A DNA stretch of 64,000 bases. Origin: Raillietiella orientalis. Its lineage: Eukaryota. Both the position numbers and the translations under genes were made by a program. This document shows, piece by piece, positions 53,101-64,000 of this stretch. Location: NCBI GenBank assembly GCA_036172245.1, contig JAYWIR010000016.1, positions 2,294,001 to 2,358,000 on the forward strand, read 5' to 3'. The number at the start of each line of letters is the position of its first letter. The first letter of the stretch is position 1. A model generated the notes under the pieces. It was not told the DNA's origin. It was given only the letters and a program-made list of their open reading frames with translations, and did not search any database.

Positions 53101-53567
53101 TGATCATACAGGAAACATCAGCTTGTTAGTGTTCTGCTGGAAGGGCGGAAGAATGGCTCGAGACAGCTTGCGCTCTCCGTGCATTGCTTTGGTAAATGTT
53201 GCATCTGGGTAGAGGGTTCTATTTAACAGGTCATTTTCTTCCTGGGATATGGAGTGCGCTGATCAGTCCATTTACTAACTTCAATCACACTTGGGTGGAA
53301 TCGCTGACCACATTTGCTTGGAATTCCATAGCAACCACTTACTTATGTGCGTTCGCATTTTTTTCCATCTGGTGCCTGTTGTGTTTGCTGGAATTCTACG
53401 GAGCTTTGCGCCTCCGTGTTGAAGACATTGAACACACGGAGGCGCTGCACGATCGAGACATACAGAAGCGCTTCCAAAATGAGATACCGGAAGCGATGCA
53501 GGGAAGAGTCATGAATCTAAAAGTTATGGCGAAGGAAACCAAGCAAGGGCCTGTTCCACCAAACTGA
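44187..53567 (+). CDS. Amt: Divergent ammonium transporter (Amt/Mep/Rh superfamily). Exons about 44187(or 44120)-44276, 44563-44948, 48598-48742, 50123-50349, 50396-50537, 53230-53567; true 5' end uncertain (about 43.9-44.1 kb)
   Basis: Phase-consistent splicing yields Amt motifs in the expected order: MLSGIILMEVG, GGFAYVCIGFALNWG..GFLG, GILYPLMSHWCYHWEGWI, DRGGGAVLHATAGASALSAALILGRR, INGAS, IMNTL, SLAGQVAVSAGC, GIEDSMDSTSGHFLPGIWS. AATAAA at about 53659. Confidence 0.88.
48465..48514. repeat. Perfect inverted repeat, 24-bp arms with a 2-nt spacer, inside an Amt intron
   Basis: cgtgtttagccatcacaaatgcac-tg-gtgcatttgtgatggctaaacacg. Confidence 0.92.
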
Positions 53568-56500
53568 TGATGACTTCGAGAAATTCCCAGCCGCAATCCA
53601 CACAGCTGTTCTAAAACTCGAAGTAATCAGCATTTACAAAAAGAAGTGTTCCTACTGTAATAAACATACCTGCACCTTAAAGTTTAATTTAAATAGCCGT
53701 CGTAAAGACATTCATAAAAGATTTATTTCTAAGCTTTCTCCGCTTTCCGAAGGATGCAAAAAAATTCCAGGAAGCGGACGCCTTGTTTCCAAGGTCCATG
53801 CTTAAAGACATTTTCGCTGTTGCAGCTACTTGTTTTTTTAAAACCCAATGGGATTCTATGACTAATCCGAGATCCCTTCTAGGGTAAACGAGATAATACG
53901 CACATATAATTGAGCACACGTAAATACGTGTGTGCACGTTCAGTTGCATAGATCTGTGACGGAATGTAAACGATTTTTAAGTGTGCAGGAGGTCACCATC
54001 CATTCAGAAACTGGAACGACCAGAGCCGTCGTCATCAGCGAGCCAACAGATTTGTTGTCTTGAGATCTACTCGAAGTCTGAGGCAGCGACCAGAGGTCGT
54101 ATGCAAATTGTGCCCAACTGGCAATACAGCGATTAAGAGGAGACGGAAACGAGGAATTGTGTCTCTGTATAGAAGTGAAATTTCTGCCCCTGTGTACTAC
54201 AGGGACCAAATTTGACAACCTATGCGTTACTTTTCTGGAACGAAGTTCTTCGTGGATTTGCTATCATCAGCCTGTCATTCTGTTTCAAAGAAATCCATGC
54301 TGGAAAGCAAAAATCGAATCTCGATGTCTTAGCTCATAACTCCTCCATGAATGAAACTATGGGATATATCGCTTCAGGAAGAAAAATATGTTCCAGCACA
54401 TATCGCAACAGTCCAGTAATTCTTTGATCCCCTGATGACGCAATTCTTTGGTATTCTTTCAAGACGAATACGGACAGACCTCTATTCATTCTGCAAATGG
54501 AGGGTGTGAGATGCAAAGCAAAAAAAGACATGCTTAGAATGCTTTAGAGGTCTTCCTTTTCGTGTCTTTCTTTGGCTGTCGCCTTTTGTACACCACTGAC
54601 CACTGCAGTGCATCTAATGCGGTCGTGAATCACGAGCACGCCGTACTTACAGAGCTATGGAAAAGTCACACCACAGTGGTCACAAAACTCATTTATTGCT
54701 TCTACAACACCTCAATCACATACTCTAATTGAATAATACATGCAACTTGCTGTAGCATCCGAAAATCCTCGCCTACAATCATTCACTACAGTAAACCGAT
54801 TTCGGAAGTTACGAAAACTTGAACCATTTTGACAATACTGCTACAAGAAGTGAGGTCCACTGATTCCGAATCTGAAGTACTCTAAACAAGCACTGTATTG
54901 GAAAACTCAGGTGGAACCAAATTGTTTTCTTCAGCTTCCACCGAGAGTCAACATTGACTCATGTGGCCTATGAAGCTTATAATCTAAAGTTATATCTAAA
55001 AATAGCATCTAATCGAATCCAAACTTTCACTCAGCATGGACATCAGTTCACCAGCTCTCTACATTTTAGCCAAACGCCTTCAATTTTTTACTGCATCAAA
55101 GTATTGAAGGTAGCATGCTTTCTCTTTGGTTACAAACTGTAGGAAACAAGAACGAATAAGCTTACAAAGCTTCCCAGTAATCCTAGAGCCTGCATTATTT
55201 GCTGCTCTCTCTATAGCTGATAGGAAACCTTCCTGTGCGCATCCCCACACAGGGAGAATTCAGCCGAAATTAACAAATCATTGGCCTACTGATTTGTCAC
55301 TTTGCACTGTAAAGTGCTCAGTCATTTCCACTTCGTGCCACCATTGAAAAATCTGTAATGCTATCCAATCTGGGATATTTCAAGTGGTTGCAGAAAATTA
55401 GGTGCAAAAAATCTTCCTAAACTGTTGATATCTATGCACAGTGCTATTCAGCTGTCCTGTCTTAAACGCTGTGGCATGAAAACTAAGCAAATGCTTATAT
55501 TCCTTTGCTGTTGCCTTTTCTGTGGAACTTCACGTCTCCAGAAACACATCATCGAAACTCTTGCATATCTCCGTCCGTTTGCTCAAGTCATCTGTTGCCA
55601 AGGTTATGAAGCGAGCATGAGATTCTCTTCTCCTTAAATTGTAATTAGTGAATCATCTCGAATTATGGTTCCATAATTTGAGATCTGGACCGTGAACAAA
55701 TACCGATGCCACTGGCGACTACTTGTGTGTAAGCAGCAGAAGATTCACACGGTTTTCGAGGAGCCGTCTTTACTCTGAGATCGATCATGCCATGTACCCT
55801 TCGTCATTCTGACGTTTTTAAACGGTATACTCATCTGACAAAATATCATCCTCATCTTCCTATAATAAGGGAAAGTAGAAAACAAATAATCGATTTGAGA
55901 AGAGGTTCTGACAGTCTTTTGGAGCACACAGAGTTCGCGCGACACTTCATAGAACGGAACTATGTCTGAACCTATCGAGAGATGTATAGTATCCTTTATA
56001 AGCTATGCATATGGTACAAAGCAAACACCTCAAGGTCTACATTTAAAAGCTTCGACTCGCATACTCTCAGTTGCACTGGATGTAATGACCTATATTTTTA
56101 CCAAAGCAAACTTGAATATTTCGACTTTCTCATTTTCAGTGTCCTGTTGGAGTGTAGTCTGCATGGCAATTAGTTCCAGTTTTATCAGAACACACACATT
56201 ATGTACATCGGACACTGTTTTGAGCAATAAGATGAAGCTCCCATTCTCTGTCGAGGGAGCAATAAAGTGCAATGAAGTGTTATTCGATTTCATATCTTTG
56301 AAAGGAGTTTGTCCGATGTGCTTTTAGCAGAATGTCTTTGCTTTGTTTGTCACTCCTAACAGTTAATGGATTTTTTGGTCTCCTTGCACTTGACGGTATT
56401 CTTCAGCGGTATTCCTTTGGTACAGTAGCCTGATATTCTTACTTACGTCTGTTAAAACTGTATTTATCCTTTTGCCAACAAAAACGTGTTGGCTTTGCAA

Positions 56501-58591
56501 GTTTGTTGCATACTAGCATATCCCCAAAATGTGCTCATTATTTTTGACTTGCCGATGCATAAATTCAGCATCTGCTTCCTACATCTGGGAGTACTTAGAT
56601 ACTCTTGGATTATTTAAGTTTCTTCCTAAGTACCGAGGTTAGTATTACAGCATTTTAATGTTGTAACTTCCCTCATATACATCTTAAAATCCATCATATT
56701 TAATTTAAAGCGCATAAATATTGATTTTTGCTTTATTGTGAGGATGCCTTCATTCCTGAATGAATAAAAAATTGGCCATCGAAATATAGGGATGGACAAC
56801 ACGAAGGGTATATGCAAAAGGAAAAAGTTTACAGGTTCAAAAATGTCTTCACTTTATGTTCATTTGCTAAGAGCTAACAGGAAAATTTCTGTCTAAAATG
56901 TTTCTGCAGATTTAATTGATTGTCGAACAACCACTTATTATCAATTTTCGACAACCGAATACGTAAAGTGCATAAGCAAATTCAACTGTTTACATTCGAA
57001 AATTACATGCATTAACTTCCAGCTGTTCCGTTTCTGAGGTTTTTCTTTTGTCTGATGTTATTATTCGATCCACTGTGTTGCTCTAATGCCGTTTTGTTCT
57101 ATCTCTTCCACTCTACACGCTTATCCATTAAGCCTCCTAGGTCCACCAAATGGCATCACAGAACTTTTGCCATCTCCTGCGTTCGTCCTGCTATTGCTTC
57201 ACTGGCCCATGGCCCCTTCACAATTCTATCTGAGTCACGAAACAGAAGAGAGTGAAAGAAATAGCTCGATCGATCGAAGATTGAGGTCAACAAGGTGGAA
57301 GCAAAGAGAGAAAATCGGCACAGGCAGTCACGTGGACAGGTCCCCCGACTTTGCTTTCCAGGTAAAGATTGGGCGCATCACTTTGCTTCTCTTCGGATTA
57401 GAAACTTGTGTGTCTGCCTCTTTCCCCATTAGGTTCTTGAAAGCATTAAACTTTATCCTTCACATAGCCCTCTTTGGCAGAGGGAACCTCGCTGAGCACC
57501 CTCGGGTTTCTGGCAGCTGGAGGATCTCGGGTGGTTCGAACGGCTGCTCTTCAGCCGCGATGCTTGCCCGACCTCGTGTGGAGAGCCTCCGACGGGTTTG
57601 GTGCTTTCTGTGCTCTCAAAGTTTGGGATCTCGAATTTTGGGGTTGGTGCCGCCGAATTCGGCATTGACTGGGGGAGGAGGATGGGGGGGGGGGGAGGGT
57701 AGCTGCAATCCTGCCTGATTTCGGTCAAAAGCAATCGTTTATTGACCGGGAAAATGAGGGCCATTCTGCAGACATCGGCCTATGAATATCAGGTTCCTAT
57801 TTCCTCTTTATTGTGCTTTAATGAATATTAGTTAAGTTTTCTACCGATCACTTTCGATACCATGGACGTAAATGTGAAAATGGTTTCCTGGTTGCTTATG
57901 AGTGTTGAAGAAATGAAACCTTTTTGAATGAATCTAGATGTGTTTAGCTGTGAAGTACATGTGTTTGTTGCCCTTTATTTAAGAGCAGTGAGATTTTGTA
58001 ATGTACTAGGGACAAACTGGCAGGAATTCAAGTTGTGGGACTCCTCTTTCCAACACTAAGAGTTATGATTATGACCCTTTGTAAATGTCCTTTAAGTTAA
58101 CCATCGCAAATGATGGTTTTGGTGGATATTTCCAGGGGTAAGATACTTTGTTAAGACAAAAAAAAAAAAGCCCAGTTAACGAAAAAGATTTGAACACATG
58201 TATATTAAGCATTCATCAAGCACCTGAAAATTAAGTATTAACTGAACATTATGTAAAAGTGTGAATTGATCAAATGATAGAAACCACTAGATCACTTTTG
58301 TTATTATCATCTACGCTTAGTTTTGAATTTGGCTGTTGAAAGTGTTACTGCCTATTGCCGCATTACTTTAAAACTTAATTTTCGGTCTGAATTGTTCAGT
58401 GTAACAGCAACTGGATATGAAAAATATGGTAGGAGTAATAACTAAAATGGCAATGTAAGCATCCTTATCAAGAATTCTTCCATGATTATGAATGGATATC
58501 ACACAGTTCAGGTTATTAAAAGAGTGCAGTTTTCCAGATTCAGTTTCAAATCTTTACTTTTCAGCATGTGGTAATTCCGTGAAGTTAGGGA

Positions 58592-60766
58592 ATGGCTGAA
58601 ATAATGGATCCTGGATTTGATTATAATGGTAACAGATCATCAGTTCAGCTTCCACATGTCTCTGACAAGCATTCAAGAACAACCCTTGATGAGATAAACA
58701 GAATGAGAGAACACCATGAATTGTGTGATGTTACCTTGAATGTTGGTAACAGAAAAATTCATGCTCATAAGTACATATGTGTACTCATTTTATATATCAG
58801 ACTTTAATCGGTATTTAGAGTTATTTTATCTTCATGCAGTCCATATTTTCGAGCAATGTTCACTGGGGAATTGGCTGAATCCAGGCAGACTGAAGTGACC
58901 ATCAAAGAAATTGATGATCATGCAATGAAATTACTGATTGATTTTTGCTATACATCTCATATAACTGTTGAGGAAAGCAATGTGCAAACCCTGCTTCCTG
59001 CTGGTACAAGCATGTTAATGGTTGTCATTTAGCTGATATTTGCATAGCTTGCTTAATGCAACTGCAAGAAGTTCAAGAGGTGTGCTGTGAATTCCTCAAA
59101 AGACAGTTAGATCCTTCCAACTGTTTAGGAATTCGTGCCTTTGCTGATACACACTCTTGTCGTGATTTATTGCAGATAGCTGACAAATTTACTCAGCACA
59201 ATTTTCAAGAAGTATGCATGCTCTTAATATATTGAATGTTGATGTTTAGAGCCTTAGGTGATGGAAAGTGAAGAATTTCTGCTTTTGCCAGTTAATCAGT
59301 TGATAGATATTATTTCTAGTGATGAATTAAATGTAAGATCAGAAGAACAAGTATTTAATGCTGTAATGTCATGGTTGCGGTATAATATTGCTGACCGTAG
59401 ACTGTATTTATCACAGGTATGCTTCCAGCTCATGTTGCATATTTGATGCTGCTGCTTATGTATCAGGTGCTTCAGCACGTTCGCATGCCTTTGATGAGTC
59501 CTAAATTTTTAGTAGGCATTAGTTCTGATTCTCTGATTAAATCTGACGAAACTTGCCGTGACTTGGTAGATGAAGCTAAAAATTATTTATTACTACCGGA
59601 AGATCGGCCCTTGATGCAAGGACCCAGAACACGTCCACGAAATCCAGTAAGAAAAGGAGAGGTATTGATCGCTGGTAAGAAATAGCAGCAGCAATATCTA
59701 TTATTTGAGTTGCTATAAACAGTAGGAGGTTGGTGTAGTGGGGATGCCATTCAGTCTGTAGAAAGATATGATCCCCAAACTAAGGAATGGCGATTGGTGA
59801 CCCCTATGTCCAAACGAAGATGTGGAGTAGGAGTTGCTGTACTTAATGACTGGTTGTATGCAGTAGGTGGCCATGATGGTCAGTCGTATCTGAATAGCAT
59901 TGAAAGGTAAATTTTGACACACAGTGAATGGAGAATATCCTGATCTAGATATGACCCACAGACCAATCAGTGGAGCAGTGATGTGGCACCAACAAGTTCC
60001 TGCCGTACTAGTGTGGGCGTTGCTGTTTTAGATGGTTTTCTTTATGCAGTTGGTGGACAAGATGGAGTGTCCTGCCTCAGTGTAGTAGAAAAGTGAGCAT
60101 AGCAGCAGCAGTTTATGACTGTTATTGACTGCTTATTAGATATGATCCCCAGAAGAATCGTTGGTCACGAGTGTCATCTATGAACATTAAAAGATTAGGA
60201 GTAGCAGTTGCTGTTCTTGGAGGTTACCTATATGCTGTTGGAGGATCTAATGGAACATCTCCTCTTAGCTCTGGTTGGGAATTTATTTTGAGGGTTGGTC
60301 ATCATTAACTGTATCAGTTGAAAGATATGACCCCCGTACCAATCGTTGGACCAACATGGCATCAATGAACACCCGAAGAAAGCATTTAGGGTGTGCTACC
60401 TACAATAATTTTATGTATGCTGTAGGTGGACGTGATGATAGTACAGAACTCTCTAGTGCAGAGAGGTATAATACTCAGACTAATCAGTGGAGCTCAATTG
60501 TAACAATGAATTCTAGAAGAAGTGGGGTAAGTGGTTTGCCTGAAATGTTGAACGTATTTTATGTCAAATAGGTCGGTTTGGCTGTGGTTAATGGACTTTT
60601 GTATGCTGTTGGTGGTTTTGATGGAAGTGCCTATCTAAAATCCATTGAAGTATATGATCCAGAACAAAAAAAATGGAAGATTGTTAGCTCAATGAATTAT
60701 CGAAGGTTGGGTGGTGGTGTTGGGGTGGTCAAAATACTCCAACATGATACCTATATGAGGGAATGA
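58592..60766 (+). CDS. dbo: Kelch-like protein diablo / KLHL20 (BTB-BACK-6xKelch, Cul3 adaptor). Exons 58592-58770, 58819-59003, 59048-59211, 59258-59416, 59467-59674, 59723-59906, 59949-60092, 60140-60273, 60318-60526, 60572-60766
   Basis: [65 protein letters not shown]...[25 protein letters not shown] linker. Kelch repeats: [60 protein letters not shown], then [10 protein letters not shown]. All nine introns are GT-AG and in phase. Confidence 0.96.
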
Positions 60767-62165
60767 TAGCATTGGACAGTGGGTATGAGGAACAACTTCT
60801 TGCATTATGTGATCAGGGTTATGAATCTCAGTTTCAAATCATGCTTATCCATCAAGCTATCCTTGTAAATGGCCTTAAATATAAATAAGGAATCTATTTT
60901 AGGATGCTTTTTGGAGACATTTTATTTTACTTAAAAAGTAGCTTGCTGCCAGTTCCAAGCATGTTGTTTGACTATACCCCATCATATTGTATTTTTCCGT
61001 ATTTATATTCTTGAATAAAAGTTTTAAGCGAAAATTTTAGGTATTTTTTGGCCTTTGCGGTCATGGTAATTAAGCCTTATTTTTGAAACTGCTGTTAATT
61101 TAATAACACTGACTGCTGGTAACATTTAGAGTCATCGAAAAAAATTTTAAGGAACGAACTAGTGTATGCAGAATTCAGGTGTATAGAAGCGATCAATACC
61201 ATAAGTATGTGAAACGAGATCAGCTCCCAATTGAATCTGCTATTCCGATGGAAATACATCGGCATTGATCTGATAGGAAACCGAATTCATGTACCACCCC
61301 AGGCGTAATTCTTGCTACTTAAAGAATTAGTATAGGGAGATAATCAAAGGCATCTCCCTTTTAGACGAAAAGGAGAATCAATACAGGGGAGCGGAATGTA
61401 CACGAGACGGTCCATCAAGTTAAAGAGAACCGGACATGCTTTATTTAGGGAAAAGCCGAAGTCAGCATTCGTCTTATTCCAAGGGTTTGGTAGTTTAGAG
61501 AAAACGACGCCAGCTCAAAGAAACGGACATTTGGTGACGCTGCAAATGACCAAAATACGTGAGGGAAGAAAAATAACTGTCTGTCTAAAATTTGCTTCCA
61601 TTAATGTTCCTATGAAAGTGGAAAGCGTGCATTTGTTTGGTGGAGTTAGGCAACGCAAGCAGCCGAGTTGTAGAAACAGAAGGCTAGAAGAAGGACTGTG
61701 GAGTGTAAGTAAGCTTACTTGTTTTGGAAGGGCCAGCTTTATTCACAACCAAGCGGGCCCTAAACTTCTCAGAACGTTACCGAAGCAGCCAAAGAGCTGA
61801 TTTCAAAGATTCGTGGGTATCACAAGCAATGATTTGGCACAGAATGGATTCAGAGATGCTTTTAAATCACGAAAATGTAGCGGTAAAACTGACATGGGAA
61901 CAGACGAGACGTGGTTCTCTTTTATTCTGATGAAGACTAGCGAAAACAAATGAAGACCTCAACGAACTCTTTAAGATGCTGAAGTTGGCCTTTCGAATTG
62001 ATCGTTCACTCTCAAAAGCATTTCAATTGCATGAATGATGATGATGCTTCAGTGCAATAGGTGCACAGTTCTGTACAATTAGGGAGAAGCCACTGGATTC
62101 GAAAGATTTGAGATTGCTTCCCGTATTTTGAAATCCAGCCATGAGAAAATCGAATTCTTAGCCAT

Positions 62166-62378
62166 ATTTTATTTAACTCATCATCATCCAGCATTAAATA
62201 TCAATTTTTAATTAATTTCACTCTGATACAAAACTAAACATATACTTCTAGTACTCCCATAGTCAAATTCAACCATATTTCCTTGCACATAGCAATCATT
62301 TTATTTAACTCATCAGCATCCAGCATTAAATATCAATTTCACTCTAATACAAAACAGAACACATATTACTAGGACTTC
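62166..62378. repeat. Imperfect tandem duplication, about 80-90 bp unit, copies starting 132 nt apart (62166 and 62298)
   Basis: attttatttaactcatca(t/g)catccagcattaaatatcaattt...cactct(g/a)atacaaaac occurs twice. Confidence 0.85.
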
Positions 62379-62456
62379 TAAATCATTAACTTACAGCCAA
62401 CCTAAACAATTCATTTCACACGAAAGTACCACCAGCACACATGGGATGATAGCCCA

Positions 62457-62509
62457 AGCCACCAGATAGGTCGCGTACCAGATATTAAGCTGATAAGAAC
62501 AGATTCTAT
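62457..62509 (-). pseudogene. U2: U2 snRNA internal fragment (nt 34 to about 69-85), lacking the 5' end and the Sm site
   Basis: The minus strand reads atagaatctgttcttatcagcttaatatctggtacg, matching U2 stem IIa. It is followed by gcgacctatctggtggc, a possible stem IIb. No Sm-site AUUUUUG follows. Confidence 0.88.
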
Positions 62510-63061
62510 TGAATTCACAGAACGGTACATGAAATTTAATGCCGCTCGTCCTACATCCTTATTAGTTGCCTGATTTTGTCATTCGCACCACTACAAAGAT
62601 GTAATTTGGGAAATCTGTGGCGAATGTGTGATGCGGAATGAGTTCAGACTCAAAGAACTTGAATTCCACACAGCATAAAAAATAAAATCATGGAAGAACG
62701 TTGGTTGAAGCAAGCAGAAATAGGTGAATGATGAACCAAATTGGGAACGATGTTGAAAACAACATGGACATTCTCTATGGTAAATAATGAAATCTTGGAA
62801 TCTAGAAAGGAGGAAACCTAACACGCTACAGTCATTTTTCGTCTGGATGCCCTGATCCATGGTTGTGCTCAATGAATGTTGCGATTTCCATGACGAGTAA
62901 CCCTTTTGTAAGTAAGTGATCTGCTGTATCTTTGAGTATATATTCTGCATTCTATGAATTGAATTGAACGCTCTTTATTTTGAGACATTTTGCATTTTTT
63001 TTTCTTTTGGTTCTCAAAGAGTGCTGAAAAACCGTTCGCCTCCTTAAGAGGGGAATTCACG

Positions 63062-63658
63062 AAGCTCTTTAACACTGTCTCATGCCACCCGAGGGTGCAT
63101 GTTATCTTCACGTCAGAGTACCCTGGGAAGGTACCTCCCTATGAATCCAAGAGGCTCTGGAGAAAGGAGTTCTTTCTTCTTACTTTTGGGAGGAAACCCG
63201 TAAGGGAACCCTCGCCCGAGCTGTCTCCGAAGGGAATCCCGAATGGAACCGTTCCCTCGTTCTCTCCAGATGGGTCCGCCGGAGGGGGTCCACTCATTTT
63301 CTTTCCGAAGGGAACTCTCAAAGGGATCGCTTCTTGTTTTTATTCCTGTGAAGGGAACCCCAAAGGACGCTTCCAAATTTCTCTAAAGGGCCGCTCCCCG
63401 AAGGGAGCAGCGCGCTTCTTGACACACTGGATCTCCATCCAGTCTTGGGGGTCTTCTCCCCTAAGGAGGAGGATGGCTCCATTTTCAAAACCGGAGGGGA
63501 ACCCTGAAGGGAACCGACTCCTTGATTCTTGGAAGCATCCCCGAGGATCGACTTCCGATCCCGGCCAGTTCATGGAAGCATCCGGTTCCCACCAGTGCCG
63601 CATCCGACGCTGCACGGACGTGTCTTTCGTTCGCTCCGCGCCCGGTGTGTCGACTTCT
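63062..63658 (-). mobile_element. Copy 2 of the GC-rich interspersed repeat at 38.1-38.9 kb (diverged, opposite orientation, no tRNA-like head visible)
   Basis: Collinear shared blocks: tgcggcactggt..aaccggatgc..ggccggga; agtcga..cttcca(a/g)gaatca(a/c)ggagt; tcccctccggtt; tggattcatagggnggnnccttcccngggtactc..tgaaga..caccctcgngtggc. Confidence 0.75.
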
Positions 63659-64000
63659 TTTTCCTAAGTGGTTTGTGTGGATTCGGTGGTGACGAAGGAA
63701 GCAATGCCTGACACCACCACCAACGAAGGCAGGGGAAAGACGCCCTCATCTCCCCCAGAGGCTATGAAGGTGGAGACGTGCGCCCCCACAGAATCGTCCC
63801 TTGAGCCAGCGAGGGCTTGGAATGCGTGACTGCGGCCCTGTCGCCGGCAGCCTGGCCGAACAGAAGGCCTGCATTGAGGAGGGCTACAACTAGTCCTCTT
63901 CTACAAGGTACTCCTCTACACTTATATAGTCCGGAGAGCGCGGCCGCCTTGTCGAAGGCGATGTACGCTCACAGCGTACAACAAGAGCTTCGTGCGATGA

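Noticed and set aside
53689..53880. Minus-strand RDLGLVIESHWVLKKQVAATAK resembling a CR1/L2 RT C-terminal block
   Set aside because: Isolated weak match with no upstream YADD motif; could equally be an exon of an unknown gene or chance.
55400..56450. Mostly open minus-strand frames with internal stops (possible pseudogene or transposon relic)
   Set aside because: No recognisable family and no consistent exon model.
62510..63060. C-terminal restriction-like endonuclease of a Utopia element upstream of the U2 3' piece
   Set aside because: The minus-strand translations inspected show no CCHC, RHN or PD..D..K motifs.
1..64000. CRISPR arrays, rRNA genes or prokaryotic operons
   Set aside because: No regularly spaced repeat-spacer arrays or rRNA-like sequence were seen; the genes are intron-containing metazoan genes.

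Overview
Eukaryotic, probably arthropod-like invertebrate, genomic DNA with spliceosomal GT-AG introns. Four protein-coding genes can be built by hand: (1) the 5' part of a Costal2/KIF7-type kinesin on the minus strand, running off the left edge; (2) a two-exon Oli/bHLHe22-23 (Beta3) bHLH transcription factor on the minus strand, with about 29 kb of very GC-rich, apparently non-coding sequence upstream whose long ORFs look spurious; (3) a highly divergent multi-exon Amt/Mep/Rh-superfamily ammonium transporter on the plus strand; (4) a complete 10-exon kelch-like diablo/KLHL20 gene with 42-50 nt introns. The most unusual signal is a U2 snRNA broken at its branch-point-recognition sequence. Nt 1-40 lie at 40713 (+) and nt 34-~85 lie at 62509 (-). 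Both pieces carry the same non-canonical 7-mer ATAGAAT in place of GTAGTAT, which resembles a 7-bp target-site duplication from a U2-targeting mobile element followed by rearrangement. Also present are a two-copy GC-rich interspersed repeat with a tRNA-like head and several perfect palindromes. All calls were made by eye; no database searches were run.
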